From positions 46,003 to 110,002 of the forward strand of contig JAZSNL010000016.1 of NCBI GenBank assembly GCA_045536365.1: a stretch of DNA of 64,000 nt, given 5' to 3'. Made by a program: the position numbers and the translations under genes. This document shows, piece by piece, positions 1 through 12,000 of the stretch. Source of the DNA: Bacilli bacterium. GTDB lineage: Bacteria; Bacillota_I; Bacilli_A; ML615J-28; CAG-313. The notes below the pieces were generated by a model. That model searched no databases and had not been told where the DNA came from. It worked only from the letters and a program-made list of their open reading frames with translations. How positions within the stretch are numbered: the stretch's first letter is position 1; each line of letters begins with the position of its first letter.

Positions 1-3000
1 AACAGTAATACCGTTTAACATGCTTACTCTTGAGAATACTTTTTCTACTAATTCTTGTTCATGTCCTTCGATAATTGCAAGACCGAATGCAGCTTCAACA
101 AGTGATGCAATTGCATATTCATCGTTTGCATTCTTATTATCAAGTTTTCCATATACGCTACCAGCACCGAAATAATCTAATGCGATAATGTCAGAAATCA
201 TTGATACACCAACTTTATAATCAGCTACAAAGTCAGCATCTGTGTAATTAGCATCTGATAATAAGTCTTTAAGGATTTGGAATCTTCCGCCAAGAACTTT
301 ATTATATAATCTAATTGCAAGAGTTCTACCTAAAGTTTCTAATAAGTATGAATCTTCTAATTCAGCTAATGCTTTTTGAGCATAACCTAAGAATTCATTA
401 TTCTTTAATGTAGATAAATCATCTAATTTAACACCGCTAACATTTAATGCATATTTTAATTGAGATAAGAATGCATTACCTAAAGCAGCTTCGTGGTTCC
501 AGTTAATATTAGCTAATTTAGCTTCTAATTCTGGAGTAGACACGTTAAGTTTTCTTACTAAGTAAGTAACTACTGAAGTCAAGTTATCTTTAGAAAGTTC
601 AGATGTAACTAAGAAGTCTACAATACCCATTAATGGATCTGTATTCTTATAGCTTAATTTGCCTTCTAATAAGCCTAATTCAGCAGCATATTCGATTAAT
701 TCATAAACTTCAGGAAGATATTCATTAATTAATTTTTCATTGAATTCTTCAGTAGTTAAAGTTTCAAATAATTCGAATCCAGGAAGTGCAGTAGCTAACA
801 TACGAGCTGCGCCACGTGCAACTGGTAATAATAATTGTCCTAATACAGCTTGATCAGCAACTTGACTTACTAATGAAGTGAAGTCAGCTTGGAATTGATC
901 TGTATTAATAACTGTTAAGTTAGTTCTAGATAATTGTGGAACATATGTCTTAGCGAAGCCATAAGCAGCTTTTGCAAGAGCATATAAACTCTTAACTGTT
1001 TGTTTAGAGCTGATTCCTTCGTAATTTAATTCAAATTCACCAACTGCGTAAACACGGTTAATTGTCTTATCTAAGTATTCGTATAATTTAGCAGGTAAGT
1101 TAGTATTGTTCTTTAATACAGTAGAAAGTAATGTTAAACCATTAGCAGCATCTAAGTTGATAACAGCGTTAGCACCATTTCCGAAGAAGCCCATATTAAC
1201 GAATGCTTTTGCGATATTAGATAAATCAGCTAAGAATTCAACAGCTTTAGCTCTATCAGCATTTACTAATGGAGAATCTGCGTCAACTTTAGCAGCTAAA
1301 GGACCAACAAATTCACTTACTAACCAGTAACCAGCTTCTTCAGCTAATGTAGTTGTAACGAATGCATCATATAATCTAATTGTAGCTTCAACAACAGCTT
1401 CATTTCCTAAAATACCTAATGTACCTAAGTTACCTTTAACATCTAAGAATACTTCATTGAATAATGTTACGAATGCATCTGCATGAGCAGCGTATGCATA
1501 ACCATCAGCATCCCAGTTAACATTAGATAAATCTAATGATGTTAAATCTAAGCCTAAGTAAGAAGAGATGAATTCAACAGCATCTTGTGCTTTATCATCA
1601 ATAATATTTAATCCAAAGAAATCAATAATGATTTCAGCGATATAACTTTCTGCAGCAGCTGTTAATTCAGTACCTGTGCAGTATGCTTGGTAAGCATTAG
1701 AATCGAATAAGTTACGAGCGATTGCAGCAACACTATCTAAGTCTTCTGCTAATTCAGCATTAGTATAAGTACTTAAATCTAATAAGATTAATGCGTTACC
1801 TGATAATGATTTAGTTAATTCACGATAGATTGGTAATGCAACAACATCAACTAATTCAGATGCAGCTAAAGCTTCAAAGAATTCAACTGTTGTTTCATAA
1901 TTATCACGCATGAATAATCTATAAGCTTCTTTAACTAATTCAACTTTACCTAAGTCTTTTAAGCCTTTTAAGTAATAATAAGTTTCTCTAGCTTCATGTA
2001 AACCGTAAGTATTAGCAATTGTTAATGCAGCTTCTAACATACCAGAAACAGCATCTAATTCATTTGCCCAATCGATACTTCTTAATTCATATGCGCTAAT
2101 AGATACACCTAATTTACCACAAGCAGCTTCAACAACTTCAGCATGTTTACCTTGTGCTAAATGTAAATTCCATACAGTTTCTAATGCAAGGATTGCTTTT
2201 TCAACATTTTCAATTGAAATGTTCTTACCATCTCTTACATGTTGTCCTTCATTATACATGAAGTCTAATGTTGCTTGTGCAGCAACTAATAAACTATCGT
2301 AGTCTTCTGCTAATGCTTCAGTGCTTAATCCATTAGGAGCTAAGAAACGAGCACCAGGAATAGAACTATTAGAAAGTTTTTCTAATACGATAGGTAATGC
2401 TTCTGCTAATAATTGAGAACCGCTTAATTCTTGTAAACCTTCAACAGTTTGAGAACCTAATACATAATCAGATACTAAACGTTTCCAATTGAATGTTGAC
2501 ATTGAGAATGCGCGTAATTTAGCAATTGTATCTAAATCTAATTCATTAGCAACAACTGCTAATTTTTCATAAGCAGGAATAAAGTAGTTATTAGCTTCAT
2601 TTACTAAGTCAATATTACTATAATCGATATCTAGAATAGGTTTAGCTAATCTATTAGCAATTTCAGTTTGATATTGTGCAAAGTATTGAGTATTAACAAC
2701 TAATGAGATAACATTAGCGATTTCACTTCTAGTGTAATCAATAACGTAATTTTCTGTACCGTTTAAGTAATCAGAAATAATTGCAGGAGCTCCAAGTGAA
2801 TCTAATTCAGCAAGAACTTCTACTAATGTATCGAAATCAGCAAGTAATGATTCTTGATCTGCGTAGAAACTTAAATCAAATGCTTTAGAAGCTTTGCCAT
2901 CTAATAATGGAGCAACTACTAGATTATATAAATCATAAGCGTTATTTCTTAATACATCTAAGTTAACTAAGTTAGCAACTAATTCTTGAACTAAATCATA

Positions 3001-6000
3001 ATCAGCTTCATCAGCTAATAATTCTAATACAGCATCAAGGTTAACTTTGCTACTTAATTCTTGTAATGTTTGAACATCTAATGCTTCAAGAACATCAAAT
3101 AATTGAGGGATGATAACATCTCTTAAAGCTTTTAAGCTTCTGTCTAATTCAGCAGCAGTGAAATTAGAACCTTCAAAATTGAATTGGCCAAGAGTGAAAC
3201 CATTTACGAAGTCTCTTAATACTAATTCGCCTAAAGCTTCAAATTTACCAAAGAACATATTAGTGTTCATTACTAATTCTAATGCTTCAAGTAATTTAGC
3301 TTCAAGAACATCTAAATCAGCAGATTGAATATTTAATACACCAGAATCTCTAACTGCGATTGCAGCATTGAATAATGCATCAAAGTCTTCTACTAATTGT
3401 TCTTGAGATAAGTCAGCAATTAATAATTCATAATACTCAGGAAGAGCTTTTTCAGCTACAGGAAGTAATACAACTAATACTAAGAAACCAGTTTGTTCAT
3501 AGATAGTAGTATCCATGTAAGCACGAAGAATATCTTTAAGAGTTTCAATAACAGCATCTTTAGTAAATAATGCAGGGTTAAGTTTTGCAGTTGAGAAGTC
3601 CTCAAATGTATGATAAGGGAATTCATCTTGTGCAATAATGTGAGTTGCTGAGTGGTAAATATCACCTAATTTAGCTGCATCACCAGCGAAATCTAATGCG
3701 TTACCATCTACTAATTCAGCAAATCCTAAAGCTTCAACTAATGCAGCACCTCTGCCTACACCATTGAAGTATCTCATACCGAAGATTTCATTTAAGATTG
3801 TCTTAACTGCATGAATTTCAAACCATGGGATTTCAATTTGGTTTTCAAATACAGCTTCAAGATCTAATGAAATTAATACTTCAAGTGCATTTTGAATTCT
3901 AGTGATATCTTCGCCCATAACAGCGTATTTACCATAGATTTCATTTACGCCAGCAAGTGCATATAAATTAGCAGGCATATATTTATCTAAAAGAGGGAAT
4001 AAGATTTCAGATAATAATTTATCATTCTTAGCGTATTCTAATACATTGATAATATGACGTAATTGTTCTTCTTGGTGAGTGAAGTAAACAGATACATCTT
4101 TATAATTAACTTTCTTAATATCGTTAACTGTTTCTAAGTTCCAGTTTCTAGCGAATCCTTGAACTTCATTGATTAAACCAGAAATTGCAGCAACTTCTTC
4201 ATCCATTGTTACATCTGATAAATCAAATAAACCAGTAACTTCAATTCCTTCTAATAAAGCTTCTACAACTTTACCGAAGTTATCTTCAGCTAATACATGA
4301 GTATCAGCTAAGTATTCTAATGCTTCTACAACAGCGTCAAGTTCAGCGAATTGTAAATCAAATTCAGCAGGTACTTGTGCATAATGTAAAGCATTTGTAT
4401 CAACTAATAATACTTCAACGGCGTTAAGTACTTTAACAACGTCAGAAGCTAATTCTTCATTAGTAAATTGACCTTTGAAGAATGTTAAGTTAAAGCCTTT
4501 TTCAGAAGCAAGTTCTAGGCCTTTTTCAAGTAATGGATTTAATCCTAATTGAACTAATTCAAGTTTAACTAATGCTTCAACTACATCTAATGCTTCAATT
4601 AATGATTCAACAGTGTAGAATTGAATATTAGCATAATCTTTATTAACGATGAAGCTTGCGATTTCATCGTAACCGTTTAAGTTAGCTTCAAATAAGAATT
4701 CAGAAGCAGCAGTAATAACTTCTTGGAATAATGCATTTTCAGAAGTGAAATTAATGTGTTCTAATTCAGCAGCGCTAACAGTTAAATCTAATTTAGCAGC
4801 TTTAGCTACTTCATTGATTGCTAATGCGATCCAATCAGTTTCAACTAATGTTAATAATTGGATTTCTTGTAATAATTCGATTGCATTATTTACATAATTG
4901 AAATCAAAGTCATCAACAACAACGTTTTCTAAAATTTCTTTTAATCCAAATGCAACTAATTCATCAAAGATATTTTCGATTACATCTAAGTCAGCTTTTA
5001 ATACTGCTGCATTATATTCACCATCATAAGGTTTTGCAGAAGAACCATTATCAGCTAAAGCAGATAAGAATGAAATATCTAATCCTTTAGAAGATGCTAA
5101 TTCTATAGCATATTCTAATCCCCAACCAAGTGCAGGGTTAGCTAATTGTAAATCTAATACATGATCTACAATTTCAAATGCATGTTTAACATTTGCAAAT
5201 TCGTTTCTTGTCCAGAATTTAGTTTTTGCATATTCTTTAGAATTAATAAATCCAAAGATTGTAGCTAGACCATCAATACCATTTTCACTTAAGAATTGAC
5301 CTAATTCTGTAACAATAACTTGTAATTGTGCGTTTTCTTGACTCCAGTTAATTCCTTCTAATGCAGCTGCATTGAATTCATATGGAAGTTTAGAAGCCAC
5401 TAATTCTAATACGACATTTGCCCATTCACCAGCGAATTTATTTAATGCGTTGATTTCATCAACTTTTGCAATAATTTCATTGATACCAGCAAAATCAAAG
5501 TGTTCAATATCATTTGTATTGATATATTCATATAAACCGCAAGTACGTAATTGTCTTACGATTACTAATACAGTTTCAACATCTTGTACTAATTCTTCTT
5601 GAGATAATTCTCTTAAGAATTTAACATCTAATCCTTTAGACATGCCAGTTCCAGCATAAACAGCTAATTCATAGAATTCATGTAATGCTTCCATGTTAGA
5701 AACAGCTGTAAGGATATCGATTAAGTTGTCAACACATTCTTCATTATAGATATTTAAATCTAAGAAATCTTTATTTGTAAAGAAAGCAATTAATGAAGAT
5801 AATTGAGTTAATCCAAAGTCTTCAACAATAGTATCTAATTCAGAAACGATAGCGTATAATTGAGCAAATTCGTTTTCGATACTAACATTTTCAAAGTCTT
5901 TTTCATCATATCCGAATTGGTAACCTAATTCTAATTTATCAACTAAAATGTTACCAGCATATGCGAATAAGTCTTGAGCATTATCATAAACGATATTTAA

Positions 6001-9000
6001 TTCATATAAGTTACCAATAATATTTGCTGCATAATCTAAATCTAAATCAGCAATATCTTTAGTGAAGATGTATTCTAATGCACCTAAATCAACAGCGTTG
6101 ATTAAGATTTCAACTAGAGTATGAGCATCTTCTAATAATTTTTCTCTGTTGTATTCATATTCGAAATATTCTTCCATAAATACAGCAGGGTAACCCATTG
6201 CATCTAACTTAGCAAAGCCAAGAGCTAATGCGTATGGTAATAAGCTTTCAGTTAATTGTAATTCAAGAACACTTTCAACGATTTCAGCAACTTTATTAAC
6301 GTTAGCTTTATCATTTTCAGTCCAGAAATCAGCATCTTTATATTCATCGCCCTTGAAGAATTCTACAGCACCAGGATAAGAATTTGCTTCGTTTGCTGTT
6401 AAGAATGCACCAAGTTGTTTAACGATATCAACGATAGATTCTTTTTCTTGAGCCCAATCAAATGCGAAATCATCAGCCTCAACAGTTACATTTAATTTAA
6501 CTTTTTCAGCTAATTTGTTTAATCCGAATGCTGTTAATTCAGCTTCGTTGCCATTAATAATATTTAATGCAAGAACTTTATCAACGATAGTTGCTAATAA
6601 GTCTGTATCAATATTATTTAATTCTTTGTTTTTAATAAATTCTAATGCACCTAATGCTACTGCATCTTTAGCAATAGAAGTAATAGCTCTAACATCTTCA
6701 AGAAGTTCTTCACCAGTGTAAGCTAAGAAATCAACATTCATATTTGCATTGTCTGCGATGTCTTTTAAGAATACAACTGCTTCAGGAGCAAGAGATGCTA
6801 AAATTTGTGAATCAGCTAACATAGCTACTGCATCTAATGCATTATAAGCAACATCTTTATATGCAATATAGAATGCAAGATCAGTATAGTTACCAGTTTC
6901 GATAAATGTCATAACATCAGATAAACTGCTTAATTTTGCAGCATCTAATACTTTTTGTAATTGAAGAACAACATTTTGTAACATTGCCATTTCTTCAACA
7001 TAATTAATAGCTTCAGCTTCATCTAAAGTAACAACGAATTCGTTATCGAAATTGATTAAGCTTAATGCATAATTAACACCAAATTCTACTAATTCAGGTT
7101 CAATATCAGCAACTAAGTGTAATTGTTGTACTAATCCTAAAATGTTAGCAGCAGGAGCTAATGAAATTTCTTGAATATCTTTAGTAAAGATATATTCAAT
7201 TGCACCTAATTCAACTGCTTCTAAAGCGATATCTACGATTGTATTTAAATCTTCTGCTAAGCTTTCAGCAGTATATTCAACTTCAAGATAGTATCTTAAG
7301 AATGCAAGTGGTAAGCCAGTTTTGTCAATATATGGACGAATCATATCAGCTGCAACAGGCCATAAAACGCCGATAGTTTGAAGTTGAGTTGCAGGTCTTA
7401 ATACTCTTGCAATACCAGCAACTAATTCATCTGTCCATGATGAATATTCTTTATAAGTGTCTTCAAGGACGAAATTAATAACATCCTTTAAGTATCTAGC
7501 ATTTAATGCTTTAACTAAATCTTCAGATTCTCTAACAATTGATGCTAATAATGCGAATTCTTGTTCGAAGTCAACAGCTTTTATATCATCTAATGTAATA
7601 GTAAAGTCAAGTTTTGCAATGCCGCCAACATAGTTAAGAGCTTCAACATATAATTCATCAATACATTTACTTACTAAATTCAAATCATATAATCTTTCGA
7701 TTGCAGTTGCAACGATATTTAATGATTCAGCATTTAATACTAATTCTGTATTAACTTGATTTTCATAAATTTCAACTAAATCAAGTGGTAATACTAAATC
7801 AATAATTTGAGATAAAGTTAATAAGTCAGCTTGGAAATCTTCAGCTGCCAATTCTCTGAATGCTTTACTACTAATTTCAAATGTGCCTTTTTCATTAGTT
7901 GTTGTAACGATTGGATCTGGAATTAATGGAAGAATTGCTACAACTGCATTACCAACTAATTTAGAACCAGATAATACTGCTAATAAATCAGCTGCGATTG
8001 CGATGTTTTCATTCTTAATTAAAGCACCATCTAAGTATAATTTCTTATCAATAAATAATCTTACATCTTCAACAGTTAAGATATTATTTTCTTCTAAGAA
8101 ATCAGCTAACAATGGGAATAAACCTTGAATTGTTTCAGATTCTTTAGACCAATCTTCGATTGTTTCTAAAGCGAAATCTTCAACTTTAATCTTATCTTGT
8201 TTAGCTAATACGCTTGTTAAGATAGAACTAATTAAATTACTTTCGTAACCTTTTAATAAATTTAATTCAAATACTTTTGCAACGATTTGTTGTAATGCAG
8301 CAACTTTTTCATCACCGAAGTTTAAGTCACCTGTCCAATCGTTTGTTAAATAAGTAAGAATTTCAGTTTCATCAGTTACTAATTGAACGATACTTAATAA
8401 ACTTCTTACATCTTCTGCAAGTTGTTCACCAGTTAATTCAGCTTCTTTCCAGAATGTTAAATCAAAATTATTTTCAAATTTATTTAATAATACTGGGAAT
8501 GCTAATTCAAGAATAACTTCTAAAGTATCTAATTGTGTTAAGTTAGATAATACTGCAATGATTTCTCTTGCATTTTCTACATTTGCGAAATCAGCTTCTA
8601 AATAAGCTTTTTCTTTAATGAATCTATTGAAATCACTAACACTAATTAATCCATTAGCGTCTAATAAATCGCTAATTCCATGTAAAACTACTTTTAATTT
8701 ATCGCCTTCAGCTTTAAAATCGATTCCAGCTAAATCATCTAAAGTAATTTCAACATCAATGTTTTGTTTAGCTAATGTTTCTTTTAAGAAATTGTCATAT
8801 ACCCAAACAATAACTTCTGCGCCTTTACCATCAAACATTGTTACGTCTTTTAACGCATCAATAATGTTGTCGATAATAGCGTTGTCTAATTGTAATGCAC
8901 CATTAGACATAAATTCTTGTGCATTTAATTCGATAGCTTGATCAGCAACATAAACTAATGTTCTGATATCGCTTAATAAGTCTGCACCTGACATATTACT

Positions 9001-12000
9001 AATATCTAAAATATCAACGATACCTTGGAATTGATCAGGAATCATATTCTTTTCTACTACTAGTTTTTCATATAAATCAGGTAATAATAATTCTACTAAT
9101 TTAGAATAAGTTAAATAATTTGTACCTTCTGCTTCATATTGACCAACAATAACTTGTAAAGCATTTACTAAAATTCTGCTGTTTACTTGGTTAGTTAAAT
9201 ATTCTAAGTCAATATTGAATTGGTTTTCATTAAAGAACTTGTAATCATTTAAGATAGGTCTTAATGTTTCGATTGCTTCTAAGATTAATAATCTTTCTTC
9301 AGCAAAATTAATGCCGTCGAAGTAACCTTTTTCAACATCCATAACTTTAAGAACTTTTAATACGATACGTAATACTTGACCTTCATGACCTTCAAATAAA
9401 ACGTTACCTAATAAAACATCAACAATATTTAAGATTCTATCAACTTCATTTAATTTTAAAGTTTCAAGTGGAGCTTTATCGAATGCTACATCAAATACAC
9501 CAATGTACTTAGCATCTTTAACTACAGATAAGATTTCTTGTAAAGCTACTAAGATTTCTTGAGAAGTAACTTCTTCAAGAACGCCTGCTAATGCGCCTTC
9601 ATCTTCGATTGATTTTTCAATTAAAGGTAATACTTTAGTTTGAATAACATCTGGTAAGATTGCAAGAACAATATCAGATTCAATTAATTCATCAATTGCG
9701 TTAATAGCAATATCATAGAATGCATCGTTATTTAATAACTTGTTAACTTCAAATTTGAAATTATTAATATCAACGCCTTCTAATTTAACTAATTCTTTAT
9801 ATTGATCTAAAATTGCTTGTAAAACTTTAATTTCATTTTCCCATTCAACTTCTGAGAAATCTGGAGTTGCAGAAACAATATCAAATTTAACTAATGCTGC
9901 TGTTAATAGACCTTCTTTAGCATTATCATCACCAAGAATATTTAATGTTAATACAGTTTCAATCGCAGCTTTAAGAGTATCAATTGCTTTGTCACTTGTT
10001 AAATCCATTGAAGAAATTTGAAGTGATAAAACATTTAATTCATTTAAGTCTTTAGCTAATTCTAAAATATCTTCAATATCTTCTGTCCATTGTTCATTAG
10101 ATAAATTAGTTAGTTTAATATATCCATTGAATTCTGGTAAGCCATTAGTTTTAAATGTTTGATTTAATACACCATCTAAAACAGGAGCAACAACAACAGG
10201 AATTAAAGAAGAATCAAAAATAGTTGTTAAAGTATCTTTAGCAGTAACAAATTTATCATTATCTTCTAAGATATCAGTAACTAATTCCATACCACCTTTG
10301 AAATCATCTAAACTATCAAAGCCTAATAATTTAAACATATCATAAGCTTCAACTAAATTTAGTAAATCTTCTTTCCAAGCAATAGCATCAGTATTAATTT
10401 CAAAACTTAAGTTACCTGTTAATTTCTTAACAGCTTCTAAGTTAACAGCTACACATGTGCCAATGTTTAATACTAATTCAAAACTTTCCGCTTCAAATAA
10501 TTTTTCAACAACTTCTTTTAATACTTCAGTGTTAAGATCGAATAAATCAATCATTTGTTCTGCTTCAGGATCAAATAATTTTGATGCAGCTTTTAATACT
10601 TCAGTATATGCATCCATTTCTTGTTCCCAATCAACATCCATTAAAGCATTAAAGTTATCTGTTTGACCAGCAGCTTCTAACATTGTATGTAATGATTCAT
10701 TACCTGTTGCATAATTAAATGCAATTGGGATAAGTAATTGATCAAACAAATCTAAGTTAGCAACTTTAACTAGCATTTGAGCAACAGTTTCAAGTTTTTC
10801 TTCATTTCTTAATACTTCTCTGAAGAATTCATTTCCATTAAATCCGTTAAGAGTTTCAATACCTAAGTCTTGGAATGTATCATAGATACCAACTAATTTA
10901 ACTAAATCATTTTTCCAATTGATTCCAGTTAAATCTGGGTTTTTATCCATTGTTCCAATTAAATTTTCAACGGCTTCAATTCTTAATGCAGTATTAACAA
11001 GAACAGGTAATAAGTTATTGATTAATTCAGTATCACCTAAATGTTCAACAACATTAACTAATACATCTGGATTCATTGTTAAGTAATTAAATTCACTTGA
11101 GAAGATATCTAACTTATAAACTTCTTTAACTGCATCAAGGATAAGTTCAATATCTTGATCCCAGTTAATATAACGAAGTTCTAAGAAATCACCTTGTTGA
11201 TTTGCTTTTGTAAGTAAATCTTTTAAGCCAAGTTTTAACATTTCTTCATCTTCATAAAGGAATTCAACTGCAACAGGCATTAATTCAGGTAATAATTGAG
11301 AGTATTTTAATTCATCTAAAGCATTATTAACTTCTGCTTGAGACCATTTAAATAAATCTTCTTTTGCAAATTTACCTTCTAATGCGTTAACTGCATAAAC
11401 GAATGTGATTAATTCTTCACGAACCGGAATTCTTTGAGTTTCAGTTTCAATTACTAATAACGAATCAAAAGTAATTGTACTAAATGAATCACCAAAGAAA
11501 TATGCTGAACCTTCAACTACTTTACCAATACCACTTTCATAGTATGAGTCAACGAAGCCAAATAATAAATCAGCAACTGATTCACCTTCTTCAGATACGT
11601 TTGCTTTATCGCCATCAATCATTTCAGCGATCGCATCTCTTGTCTCAGGAGATGCTTCAGCAAGAACTGAGCAAATTCCAGCGATAGGTGCAAATAAAAT
11701 AATAATTACTGCTAAACCTTTTAACACACCGATAACTGCGCCCCATACATTAGAGCGATATTTCCATGGTTTTGGTGCATCATTAGCGGCAACAGAAACT
11801 ACTACGTCATCCATTCCTAAATCGCTTTCTGATACTACTACAGTTTCTTCAGCTGTTGAATCTTTTTGTTCTTCTGATTCTTCAGCTACTTCTTCTGTAG
11901 CATTTGCAGCTTTCTTTTTCTTAACAGCTCTAACAATTAACCATACAATATGAGTAATTAGGCGAATAATAGGAGTTACTAAGAATGTAACGACTGTGAT

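Noticed and set aside
1106-11687. Plus-strand ORFs of 61-107 aa (1106..1330, 3110..3328, 5372..5602, 6515..6721, 7883..8128, 8618..8941, 10457..10666, 11484..11687) and the minus-strand 3480..3665
   Set aside because: All lie antisense to, or out of frame within, the continuous 12.4-kb minus-strand giant gene. Their Ser/Asn/Thr/Leu-rich translations are typical shadows of an E/D/L/I-rich gene on the opposite strand.
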